Shown here piece after piece: positions 1 through 10,991 of a stretch of 20,000 bases of DNA. The stretch is taken from NCBI RefSeq assembly GCF_004010195.1, contig NC_057718.1, positions 86,348,919 through 86,368,918 of the forward strand. Direction: 5' to 3'. The first letter of the stretch is position 1; each line of letters begins with the position of its first letter. The DNA comes from Chiloscyllium plagiosum. Taxonomy: Eukaryota. The translations under genes and the position numbers were made by a program. The notes below the pieces were generated by a model. It made no database searches. It was not told where the DNA came from and saw nothing but the letters and a program-made list of their open reading frames with translations.

Positions 1-224
1 AATTTTATTTAAGGCAACATTACATTATTACTGAAGTGATTTTTGCAGCAAATAAAGGATAACAGTGATGTGCATATCCTCATATTGCGTTTCTATTACT
101 GAGTGTGTTTTTACATTGGTTGTTTGAACCTCTTGATCGACAAGATTGTTTGATCAACTAATCCACTCCTGGTCCTCCAGGTGCTGGGTAGTCAAACGTT
201 TGCTGTACTCGTCTAGAATACAAG

Positions 225-863
225 GTGACGATGCTGTCACTTTAACAGTTTATTTTCTCCTCTTGTTCTTTGCAGAGAAGTTGGAAGGCCAAGGTACGGA
301 GCTGTCTCACAGAAAGTAAACAATTTGCGAGGCCTTAGGGTTAGTTTTAAGGTTGGAACAATGGAAGCAGCCTGGGTGTGGCCAGCTCGCACACACCAGG
401 CTTTCTCCTTTTTTTCACTGATTTGGTTCAGTTTTAATCAGAAGCCTTTGGGGTCTCAAAAGAGTTGGGAGTACATTGAATATCTCCTAGATGCTACTTT
501 CTTTGAATTTTCTCTTGATATTTTTCCTCCTGGATGGGAGAACTGCATGTGAGAGTCTGTGTCTGAATTTGCCTTTTTGCCAAGGGCTGTGTTTATGGGA
601 TGTTACTATACTGGAACAGTTAAAAAAGGAAACTTACTGTATTGATTATTTGATTAAGTTTTCCAACAGTTGAAGTATTCTCAATTCCTCTTTCTTTTGG
701 TTGTATTTTAACTCTAATTTTTAAATCAATTTTGTTTTGCTTAATATCGAGTAGTTTGATCAGTCACATTGCACCTGGAACACATTTACCTTTAAAATAA
801 GAAAAGGTTAGGGTCTAGGCTACCTTCTTAAAATAATTTGAAGCGGTCTGGTCTCGTACATAA
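225..863 (+). repeat. Putative 5' LTR of the Gmr1-like element
   Basis: Non-coding block just upstream of gag. Its 3' part (about 480-863) aligns by eye with 15545-16133, and the similarity stops at the same point (…gtacataa / …gtccattaca). The 5' boundary is approximate. Confidence 0.65.
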
Positions 864-1286
864 TCTTGTCAAGACTGAAATCTATAATTCAAGGTTGGGT
901 TTAGGATTGTTGGACCCAAAGGCAACGAGAGGTAATTGTTGGTGCCTTTTATTTTGGGTATTGAATTCATTTGGTTTAAGCAGGGTGTGGCTTGTGTCGT
1001 AATGGATCATTCTGTTATGAAGAGTTTTCTGGGGCTGGAAGAAAGGGGTTTAAATAAAAGTGATCAAGGCACAGCTTTTGGAATTGGTAAAGAGGCTGGA
1101 GTTGGGGTTGCCTGGGTCTGCAAGGAAAGGGGAGGTAGTTGTGGCAATTGCACAACATTTAAAATCATCAAAACTACCATCAGAATCTTTGGAAACGGCT
1201 AAAATTCAATTGTTAATGAATCAGTTTGAATCAGAGGCAAAAGATAAGGAAAGGATACCTTGGCAGAAGAAAAAGTCAGAGAAAAA

Positions 1287-1535
1287 GCGACTGACTGCGT
1301 GGAGTTTGCACATTCTCCCCGTGTCTGTGTGGGTTTCCTCCGAGTGCTCCAGTTTCCTCCCACAATCCAAAAATGTGCAAGTTAGATGAATTGGCCCATG
1401 CTAAATTGCCCGTAGTGTTAGGTGAAGGGGTAAATGTAGGGGAATGGGTCTGGGTGGGTTGCACTTCAGCGGGTCAGTGTGGACTTGTTGGGCTGAAGGG
1501 CCTGTTTCCACACTGTAACTAATCTAATCTAAACT
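1287..1535 (+). mobile_element. 5'-truncated HE1-type V-SINE inserted in gag
   Basis: V-domain sequence gtggagtttgcacattctccccgtgtctgtgtgggtttcctcc…ttcctcccacaatccaaa, a CR1-derived 3' end gaagggcctgtttccacactgt and an (aatct)n tail. Possible target-site duplication aaaaag at 1282-1287 and 1536-1541. The tRNA-derived head is absent. Confidence 0.9.
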
Positions 1536-2280
1536 AAAAAGAAGTGAAACAGTTTGAATTACGATTAAAAGCAAAGGAAAAAGAAAAGGAGAGGAAGACT
1601 CCAGCAGAAGAAAGAGAGAAAGAGAGAGAGCTTAATCTTCAGAACTTGGTAATTAGAGAAGAAAGTCGACAAAAAAGGGCAGAGGTGAAGACAGAAGGTA
1701 CATTTAGTGACTAAGATCATGATGACAAGCAAACTCATTGTAGACAAAGGTCTGGTGGGGATCTTTTTAAATATGCCTAAGCATTACCTAAATTCAACAA
1801 GAAAGATGCAGAAGGCTTCTTCATTTCATTTCAGGAAGTGGCTAAAAAATGAAGTGACCAGTGACCATGTGGGTATTGTCAATTCAAACAAAGATGGTAG
1901 GTAGAGCTGGTGAGTTATTTGCAAAACTATCGGAGGAAGTCCCTGGGGAGTATGAGGGGGTGAAGAAAGCGATCTGAAGTACTCGTACCAGAAGCCGACA
2001 GACAATGTTTCAGGAATCTAAAGAGGCACCCTGGTCCAACATACATTGAGTTTGAAATGATCACACAAAGTAATTTGATAGGTAGATAAGGCATTGAAAA
2101 TACATCAAACATCTTACACTCTTAGAAAGATGATTATTTTGGAGAAGTTCAAATCTCACTTCCTGAAGCAATGAGAACTCATGTGGAAGAGCTGATTATC
2201 AGTGGAAATGGCTCATGATCATGAATTGGTTCATAAATCAAAGTGTAGCATCCAACATCAATTTCAATCTGTGAGTGACA

Positions 2281-2509
2281 GAAATTGGGGAAAAGAGAGA
2301 GTAAAGATAGTTTATCACAAGGTAAACAGGAAACCCATGAGGCAGAAAGGGAGGTGAGAAAAAGCTCAGGTTTTTTCACTGCCATAAGATGGGCGAAATT
2401 GGGGAAAAGAGAGAGTAAAGATAGTTTATCACAGGGTAAACAGGAAACCCCTGAGGGGGGAAAGAGAGGTGAGAAAAAGCTCAGGTGTTTTCACTGTAAT
2501 GAGATGGGC
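2281..2509 (+). repeat. Tandem duplication of about 114 bp in gag (2281-2394 / 2395-2509)
   Basis: Both copies begin gaaattggggaaaagagagagtaaagatagtttatcac and end agatgggc, with several substitutions. Confidence 0.95.
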
Positions 2510-2699
2510 CACATGAAGTCACAGCGTTGATGGTTTAGAAAAATCACTGGGAAGACAGATATAGGAAAACAGGAGAAGCCAATGAGTTTTGTTGAAGTGA
2601 TTAAGGAAGCACAGTGGAAGGTGAAAAGCTGCAGCAGAATGTACAGGGGCTGGTCAGGGGCTGGTTCAGAAGTAAATACCAGATCTTCTTAAAACACTT

Positions 2700-5185
2700 A
2701 CTTCTGAGAGTAAGGTTTACTCATGTGCTCAGGATGAGCAGGGAAAAACATTACAATATTAAGAGATGCAGGAGATAGAGACAAGAGATACATACTGATG
2801 TTGAGAGATGCGGAGATGTGTAATTCAGAAGGACTGTTGATAGAAAAAGTGGTAATATGTGGAATTCATGGTGAGACAAGAAGCATTCCATTATGTAAAG
2901 TGAGTTGGAGTATGCCAAAAACAGAGAAGTGGTAGTAGGAGTAATGGAGAAATTCCAGGCTCAGGAATACAATTTATCCTTGGAAATGACATAGCAGGTT
3001 CACAGGTAGGAGTGCTGTCTACTGTGGTGGAAAAGCCAGTGGAAAATCAGACAACTGATGTTTGACAGGAAGTACATCCTGACTGTGTGGTAACAAGTTC
3101 ACAAAGCCACCAGTTGAAGCAAGAGGAAAAAAATCAAAGAATAAAGATCAGGGAGTTGAAATACAATTATCCGAGACCATGACTGATTGAATGGTTGAGA
3201 AAAGAAACAAGAGCAGGTGGAGTAGAAAATGGATATTTTTATTTCAGGGAAATTAGCTGACTTACAACAGAAAGATGAGAAACTGAAGCAGTTGTATCAA
3301 AAAGCATACACAGAAGAAGAATCTGAGTTTATTTCAGAATGTTGTTAACTTAAACATGACACCTTGATGAGGAAATGGAGACCATCACATATTCAGGTGG
3401 ATGAGTTGACTCGACAGGCTTTGAAAGTAGTACAATATATGATGAAACAGGAAACAGACAAGAAATCACAAATTCACAATTTTACTTGTGGAGATAAAGT
3501 GCTAGTGTTACTTCCAGTGATTGTTGATCCATTAAAAGCAAGGTTTAGTGGATTTATCTAATCAAAGGGTGATTTCGTGAGGTAAATTATTTGATAAAAA
3601 TACCAGACATAAAGAAATCTCGCAGGATGTGTCATGTCAATATGCTCAGAAGGTGTTTTGATAAGCAAGGAAAGCAAAAGAAGAATATATTACTGGTTAC
3701 AACACATCGTGAAGAATCAAGTTCAGAGGATTTTGTATTGGACATTCTTCCAATTAAATTGGACAATGAGGAAGTTCTCAAAACTTGGAATAAATTACTG
3801 AGTTATCTTCCAGAGGAAAAATGAACTTAAAGAGTAATTGTTATTGCAGGGAGAGATGTGTGGGAATAAGCTGGAAAGTAATAATCTAATTACACATGAT
3901 ATAGTTGAAGGAAATGTTGTTCCAATTAAACAATACCCTTATAGACTTAATCCACTAAAATTGGCACAGGTTCAAAAGAGATTGGATGCATGTTCAAAGA
4001 CAACATAATCAAAGCGAGTTGCAATGAATGGAGTTCACCCATAGTAATGGTGCCAAAACCACATAGAACCCAATGATTATCTGTGGTCTATTGCAAAGTC
4101 AGTGCAGTTACAAAATCTGATTCATATCCTATTCCACATTTAGAAGACTGCACTGAGAAGGTGGGACAAGCAACTTACATTTCTAAGTTGGACTTACTCA
4201 GAGGATACTGGCAGGTACCTTAATCTGATAAACTTAAGACAATTTCAGCTTTCTGATCACACTTTTCAATTCAGTACTAATTTAAAGTCATGCCATTTAT
4301 TATGAAAATGTACCAGTCACATTTCAAAGTCTATTCAGGATTATCTTATTGTGTGGTATACATTGAAAACCTAATGACTTTTAGTCAGACATGAGAGGAA
4401 CATTTGCAGAATTTATTGGAATTGCTCAATTGACTTCAGGAGGCAGGCTTGGTGATAAACCTGGCAAAGATTCAGTTCACAAAAGCCCAAGTCATGTTCC
4501 TGGACCATGTTTTTGGAAATGGACAGATGACCACAGGGAATGTGAAAACAAAGGTTATTGAGGATGTTCCCATACCTTTGACGAAGAGGGCAATACTATG
4601 ATTCCTGGAATTTTATCTGAAGTTCATAATGGATTTTGTTCAACAGGTTTATTTGGAAGTAGTGGTTTTCAGAGTGCTGCTCCTTCTAGTTACCTGTGAA
4701 AGGAGCAGCACTCTGAAAGCTAGTGCTTCCAACTAAACCTGTTGGACTATAACCTGGTGATGTGTGATTTTTAACTTTGTCCACCCCAAAGCACTGGCAC
4801 CTCCACATCAGCACTGGACTTTAACAGTGTGGTTGCTGCACTGACTGACTTCCTGAAGTGCAGAAAATGTCAGTGGACAGTAAACTGTCAGAAGACATTT
4901 GACAACCTGAAAGTTGCATTAACCACTGCCCAGTGTTAGCCACAATTAATTACGCAAAGCCATTCAAGATGGCTATCAATGCAAGTGATGTGGGTGTTGA
5001 TGCTATACTCTTACAAGAAGACAGCAGGAACATAAAAAGATCTAATGGTTATGTTCCAGAAAATTGAATCCTCATCAACAGAAATATTCCACAATTGAGA
5101 ATGAAGCCTTGAATTTGGTGTTAGTGTTACAACATTTCAACATTTATATCGTCCGTAATGTGTCTAAGACAATTGGATGTACTGA
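2700..5185 (+). pseudogene. pol pseudogene: protease, integrase remnant, reverse transcriptase, RNase H
   Basis: DAG at 2765-2773 (D-T-G site) and ILGND at about 2976-2990. LMRKWRP joins directly to the GPY/F-type integrase tail (about 3405-3660). RT spans about 3890-4950 with YIENL at 4359-4373 in place of YIDDL. RNase H spans about 4960-5185. Confidence 0.85.
4638..4810 (+). mobile_element. Penelope-like terminal fragment (family B): hairpin with decayed hammerhead core, inserted in the Gypsy RT
   Basis: 4638-4686 is the reverse complement of about 4700-4748. The core CTGTGAAA-GGAG…CTCT-GAAA-GCTA lies at 4694-4722. Flanked by tggatttt (4630-4637) and tggacttt (4815-4822). The RT-like sequence resumes after it. 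Confidence 0.7.
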
Positions 5186-5280
5186 TCTGAGAAAGTGGCT
5201 AAACAAATTAAATGGCAAGTGACCGTGTGGGTATTGTTGATCCAAATGAAGTTGGTAGTGAGGTCATAGAGCTAGTGAGG
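5186..5280 (+). mobile_element. Second short gag fragment downstream of RNase H
   Basis: gagaaagtggctaaacaaattaaatggcaagtgaccgtgtgggtattgttgatccaaatgaagttggtag (EKVAKQIKWQVTVWVLLIQMKLV) matches gag at about 1832-1915. Confidence 0.8.
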
Positions 5281-5369
5281 TCATAGAGTCATAAAGATGC
5301 ACAGCGTGGAAACAAACTCTTTGGTCTAACTCGTTCATGCTGACCAGATATTCTAAATTAACTTTTGCC

Positions 5370-6765
5370 AGCATTTGGCAAGGTTCCCCATGGTAGGCTT
5401 ATGCGGAAAGTCAGGAGGCATGGGATAGTGGGAAATTTGGCCAGTTGGATAGAGAACTGGCTAACCGGTCGAAGTCAGAGAGTGGTGGTAGATGGTAAAT
5501 ATTCAGCCTGGAGCCCAGTTACAAGTGGAGTTCCGCAGGGATCAATTCTGGGTCCTCTGCTGTTTGTAATTTTTAAAAAATGTTTTTTTAAAAAATTTTT
5601 ATTAATGACTTAGATGAGGGAGACGAAGGGTGGGTCAGTAAATTTGCAGAAGATACGAAGATTGGTGGAGTTGTGGATAGCGAGGAGGGCNNNNNNNNNN
5701 NNNNNNNNNNNNNNNNNNNNNNNNNNNNNNNNNNNNNNNNNNNNNNNNNNNNNNNNNNNNNNNNNNNNNNNNNNNNNNNNNNNNNNNNNNNNNNNNNNNN
5801 NNNNNNNNNNNNNNNNNNNNNNNNNNNNNNNNNNNNNNNNNNNNNNNNNNNNNNNNNNNNNNNNNNNNNNNNNNNNNNNNNNNNNNNNNNNNNNNNNNNN
5901 NNNNNNNNNNNNNNNNNNNNNNNNNNNNNNNNNNNNNNNNNNNNNNNNNNNNNNNNNNNNNNNNNNNNNNNNNNNNNNNNNNNNNNNNNNNNNNNNNNNN
6001 NNNNNNNNNNNNNNNNNNNNNNNNNNNNNNNNNNNNNNNNNNNNNNNNNNNNNNNNNNNNNNNNNNNNNNNNNNNNNNNNNNNNNNNNNNNNNNNNNNNN
6101 NNNNNNNNNNNNNNNNNNNNNNNNNNNNNNNNNNNNNNNNNNNNNNNNNNNNNNNNNNNNNNNNNNNNNNNNNNNNNNNNNNNNNNNNNNNNNNNNNNNN
6201 NNNNNNNNNNNNNNNNNNNNNNNNNNNNNNNNNNNNNNNNNNNNNNNNNNNNNNNNNNNNNNNNNNNNNNNNNNNNNNNNNNNNNNNNNNNNNNNNNNNN
6301 NNNNNNNNNNNNNNNNNNNNNNNNNNNNNNNNNNNNNNNNNNNNNNNNNNNNNNNNNNNNNNNNNNNNNNNNNNNNNNNNNNNNNNNNNNNNNNNNNNNN
6401 NNNNNNNNNNNNNNNNNNNNNNNNNNNNNNNNNNNNNNNNNNNNNNNNNNNNNNNNNNNNNNNNNNNNNNNNNNNNNNNNNNNNNNNNNNNNNNNNNNNN
6501 NNNNNNNNNNNNNNNNNNNNNNNNNNNNNNNNNNNNNNNNNNNNNNNNNNNNNNNNNNNNNNNNNNNNNNNNNNNNNNNNNGAGAGTGGTGGGGGCATGG
6601 AATGCGCTGCCTGTGGGAGTGGCAGAGTCAGAATCATTCGTGACCTTTAAGCGGCACTTGGATAGGTACATGGATGGGTGCTTAAGCTAGGACAAATGCT
6701 CGGCACAACATTGTGGGCCGAAGGGCCTGTTCTGTGCTGTATTATTCTATGTTCTATGTTCTATG
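5370..6765 (+). mobile_element. Young 5'-truncated CR1 LINE nested in opposite orientation; spans the gap
   Basis: [10 protein letters not shown]…WIENWL…QRVVVDG…[24 protein letters not shown] and RVVGAWNALP. The 3'UTR gggccgaagggcctgttctgtgctgt is followed by a (ttctatg)n tail ending about 6765. Many CpGs are retained. Confidence 0.9.
5691..6581. other. Assembly gap (891 N)
   Basis: Run of N. Confidence 1.
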
Positions 6766-8153
6766 TCCATCTGAAATCTTCTTAGTCGTGTACCAGTCTA
6801 GATCCTTTTAAATGTTGTAATTGTATCTGCCTCCATCACTTCCTCTGGCAGCTCTTTCTCGATATTTAACACGTTAAAAAGTTCTTCCTCAGCTACTTTC
6901 TCCCCTCACCTATGCCCTCCAGTTTTGGACTCCCTAGCTGAGGACCTGGATTTTCATTCTATCCATCCTCCTCAATGATATTATAAACCTCTATAATGTC
7001 AGCCCTCAGCATCCCATGCTCCAGAGAAAATAGCTTCAGTCAATTCAGCCTCTCACTATAGCTCAAATCCTCTCACCCTGGCAATGTCTTTGAACAAATT
7101 TTCTGAACCCTTTCAAGTTTAACACTATCTTTCCCATAGCGGGGAGACCAGAATTGAATGTGGTATCCCAAACATGGCCAAACCAATGTCCTGCACAGCT
7201 GCAAGATGACATCCCAACTCTTACACTCAACGCACTGACCAATAAAGGTAAGCATCCCATTTGCGTTCTTCACTACCCTGTCTGCTGTGACTACTTTCAA
7301 GGAACTATGAACCTGCATCCCTTGGTCTCATTGTTCAGCAACACAACCCAAGAGATTTCCATTAAATGCATGAGTCCTGCCCTGACTCCCTGATTTGCTC
7401 TACCAAAATGCACCAACTCACATTTATCTAATCTAAACTCCATCTGCCACCTTTCAACCAACTGGCTCAACTGATCAAGGTCTTGTTTTACTCTGAGATA
7501 ACCTTCTTCTCTGTCCAGTCCACCAACAATTTTGGTGTCATCTGCAAGTTAACTAGCCATTCCTCCAATGTGCACATCCAAATCTTTTATATAAATGATA
7601 AGAATGGTGGACCCAGCACCGATCCTTGTGGAACACCACTGGTCACATGGTTCTCGGCTGAAAAACAACTTTCCACCACTACCCACTGTCTCCTACCTTC
7701 GAGCTAATTTTATACCTAAATGGCTAGCTCTCCCTGTACTCCATGTGATCTAACCTTGCTAAACAGCTGACGATGCAAAATCTTGTTGACCCTACTGAAC
7801 TCCATATAGATCACATCCGTCACACTGCCTTTATCAGTCCTCTTCCTCACTTCTTCAGAAATCTCAATCAAGTTAGTGAGGCACAACCTCCTCAGCACAA
7901 AGCCATGTTGACTATCCATAACCAGTCCTTGCCTTTCCAAATACATGGAAATCCTGTCCTTCAGAATCCCCTCCAACAACTTATCCACCACCGATGTCAG
8001 GCTCACCAGTCTATAGTTCCCTGGATTTTTCTTACCACCTTTCTTAACAGTGGCCTCATGTTAGCTAATGTCAAGTATTCTGGCACCTCACCTGTGGCTA
8101 TCAATGATATAAATATCTCAGCAAGGGGCCCAGCAATCACTTCACTAGCTTCT

Positions 8154-8370
8154 CAAAGTGCTCTATGATACACCTGATCAGGCCCCCCGTAATTTATCCA
8201 CCTTTATGCCTATCAAGACGTCCAGCACCTCATCCACTCTAATACGGATGTTTTTCAAGATCAAAGTGCTCTATGATACACCTGATCAGGCCCCCCGGTA
8301 ATTTATCCACCTTTATGCCTATCAAGACGTCCAGCACCTCATCCACTCTAATACGGATGTTTTTCAAGAT
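8154..8370. repeat. Near-perfect 108/109-bp tandem duplication inside CR1 ORF2
   Basis: 8154-8261 and 8262-8370 differ only by one G (ccccccg vs ccccccgg) on manual comparison. Confidence 0.95.
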
Positions 8371-9689
8371 TTCGCTGTTTATTTCTGCAAGTTCATGCTT
8401 TCCATTTTCTTCTCCATAGTAAACACTGATGCAAAATACTCATTTATTATCTGACCATCTCCTGCAGTTCCACACGTGGGCAGTTTTGCTGCTCTTTAAG
8501 GGGTCCTATTCTCTCCTTACTTGCTCTTCTGTCTTAATGTATTTGTAGAATCTGGTTGGATTCTTCTTAACCCGACTTGCCAAAGCTATCTCATGTCTCC
8601 TTTTTGCCCTCCTGATTTCCCTCTTATGTACACTCCAGGTGGCTTAATACTCTTCAAGGGATTCACTTGATCCCTGCTGTCTATACCTGATAATTGCTTA
8701 CATCTTTTTTTTGATCAAAACCTCAATTTGTCTCATCATTCAGCATTTCCTACGCCTACCTGCCCTTCACCCGAACAGGAACATATTTTCTCTGGATTCT
8801 AGTTATCTCATTTTTAAAGATTTCCCATTTTCCAACTATCTCTTATCCTGTGAATATCCAACCCCAATTAACATCTGAAAGTTGTTGCCTAACACTGTCA
8901 AAACTGGCCTTCCTCCAATTCAGAAATTTAACTTTTGGATCCGGTCTATCGTTTTCCATCACTGTTTGAAAGCACTATTCCACCGTCACCTCATCACCTG
9001 CCCTGCTTTATTTCCCAACAGGAGGTCACATTTTGCTCCTTCTCTAGTAGGTACATATACATACTGAATCAGAAAAGTTTCTTATACACATTTAAAAGAA
9101 TTCCTCTCCATCCAAGTCCTTAACATGCCGGCAGTCCAGCCTATGGTTGGAAAGTTAAAATCCCCTACCATTACCATCCTATTATTCCTACAGATAACTG
9201 AGGTCTCCTTACAAGACTGCTTCTCAATTTCCTGCTGACTATTGAGGAGTCTATAGTACAATCCCAATAATGTGATCATCCCTTTCTTATTTTTCAGTTC
9301 CACCCACATAACTTCTTTGAATGTACTCCCAGGAATATCCTCCCTTCATACAGCTGTAATGTTCTCCCAAATGAAAATCACCACTCGCCCTCCTCTCTTT
9401 ACCGCCTTTCTATTCTTCCTACAGCATCTGTACCCTGGAACTTTAACCTACCAATCTTGTCCTTCCGTAAACCACATCTCTGTATTCACTTTGATATTGC
9501 AGTTCCATGTTCCCACCTAGGCCCTGGGTTCATCTGCCTTCCCTATCAGGCCTCTTGCATTAAAATAAATGCAGTTTAGTTTATCAGTCCTACATCATTT
9601 TCTGCTTTGTTCCTGCCTGCCCTGACTGTTTGACTTGCTTCTTTTCCCAACTGCACCAATCTCAGACTGATCTCCTTTCTCACTATCAC

Positions 9690-10640
9690 CTTGAGTACCA
9701 CCCTACCCCTTACTAGTTTAAATCCTGCTGAGCAGCTTGAGCAAATCTCCCTGCTAGTATATTAGTCCCCTTCCAATTCCGATGCATTCCATCCTTTTTG
9801 TATAGGTCACTCTTACTTCAGAAGTGATTCCAATGATCCGGAAATGTGAACCCTTCTGCCCTGCTCCAGCTCCTCAGACACACATTCATCTGCTCTATCC
9901 GCCTATTCCTACCCTCACTAGCTCATGAGACTGGGAGTAATACAGATATTACTACCCTCAAGGACCTACCTTTTAATTACTGCCCAACTTTGTATATTGT
10001 CTCCTCAGAATCTTGTCCTTTTCTCTTCCTATGTCGTTAGTTCCAGTGTGTACAACAACCTTCTGCTGGTCCCCCTCTCCTTTGGGAATATTCTGCATCG
10101 TCTCCTGGATATCCTTGATTCTGGCACCAGGGGAGTAACACAGCATTCTAATGACTCGCTGTCAGCTGCAGAAACATCTTTCTGTCTGTGATTCTGATTG
10201 GTGAGTCCCCTATCACAAATGATCACTTGGAACCCGATGTAGGCCTTGGTAAATTAGAGCCAATCTCAGTACCAGAAACCTGGCTGTCAGTGCTACATTC
10301 CCCAGAGGCCCTCACCCCAGACATTTTCCAAAACAGCAGACTTGTTTGAGATGGGGACAGCCACAGGAGACTCCTACACTACTTGCCTCCCCCTCCTCCC
10401 TTTCCTGGCAGTAACCCATCTCCCTAACTGGACCTGCAGTTTTCCTACCTTCCTCCAACTGCCAGCCATCACACCTCCAGCTCCTGCAAATTCCTCATTG
10501 CCTCGAACTGCTGTTCCAACTGATCCATGCAATCCAAAAGGATTTCACAACAAAACATACCTCCTATAGATATAATAATTAGTAAAATGGAAACTCTCCC
10601 GAATCTCCCACATCCGACAGGAAAAGCACATCACTCCACT
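9690..10640 (-). pseudogene. CR1 ORF1 pseudogene (zinc-finger/leucine zipper plus SGNH esterase type)
   Basis: The minus strand reads CFSCRMWE (about 10632-10609), MDQLEQQFEA, VIGDSPIR (about 10217-10194) and PGARIKDI (about 10130-10107). It is frameshifted. Confidence 0.7.
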
Positions 10641-10991
10641 AAAGGCCACCTTTGCAGCTTAACAATCTACATTCCCAGAAAATAAGACAGACTGACTGCT
10701 CTAAAACACCGCTCCAGGCTAACATGGTACATATGTTGTATTTTTTAAAGTTTGATCAAGAGACAGATCTCAATAAAACCTAAGATAAAAAAGAAAATCA
10801 ATTCACTATTGTGATTTAAAAAAACAAACAGTAAGGTCACACTTTAAAACCAGATACTGATCTGCTTCCCAGCTGTGAGCTCCCCCACACTGGGTTCTCC
10901 AAAGGTCAGCTGTGAATTTCACTGTTTGCTTGTTTTTCGTAGAAGGAACTCCAATGTACAGAGAAACATGTTGCAAAACAGCAGAAGCAGT

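Larger units (their letters stand above)
1002..2560 (+). pseudogene. gag pseudogene (N-terminal helix, E/K/R-rich coiled coil, SCAN-like capsid, CCHC knuckle)
   Basis: MDHSVMKSFLGLEE, then a shift to IKAQLLELVKRLEL. Further motifs: LPKFNKKDAEGFFISFQEVA (about 1784-1843), VPEADRQCFRNLK (about 1986-2024) and CFHCNEMGHMKSQR (last Cys mutated). Interrupted by a SINE. Confidence 0.85.
225..5185 (+). mobile_element. Degenerate Gmr1-like Ty3/Gypsy LTR retrotransposon (5' LTR, gag, PR, INT remnant, RT, RNase H)
   Basis: Manual translation across frameshifts gives Gag, a CCHC knuckle, protease ILRDAG/ILGND, integrase C-terminal GDKVLV...HVNML, RT PIKQYPYRL/WSSPIVMVPKP/LDLLRGYWQVP/YIENL and RNase H PFKMAINASDVG/YSTIENEAL, in that order. 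There are many stops and frameshifts. Confidence 0.9.
5281..10991 (-). mobile_element. Near full-length degenerate CR1-clade LINE (HER1-like): 5'UTR, ORF1, ORF2, 3' tail; interrupted by a nested CR1
   Basis: 3' tail tcatagagtcata at 5281. RT motifs SLTSVVDKLLE, SQHGF and VPQGSVLGP. Endonuclease motifs WVELKNKKG…LLGLYYR…VGDFNFP (9082-9309). ORF1 has an IGDS motif near 10200-10215 and a CxxC-MWE motif near 10610-10635. The 5' boundary is approximate. Confidence 0.9.

Noticed and set aside
120..208. End of a Tc1/mariner (pogo-type) MITE (…aaacgtttgctgta)
   Set aside because: No partner terminal inverted repeat in the window; the resemblance is too weak to call.
864..880. tRNA-Pro primer-binding site
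   Set aside because: cttgtcaagact only weakly resembles the expected ctcgtccgggat, and the TGG start is missing.
5588..6690. Long ORFs of 325-358 aa (and 198-227 aa at 19046-19741)
   Set aside because: Artefacts of reading through N runs.
7773..8168. Plus-strand 131-aa ORF (and similar ORFs at 12678-13064, 15876-16064)
   Set aside because: Antisense or incidental frames of repeats with no coding signature.
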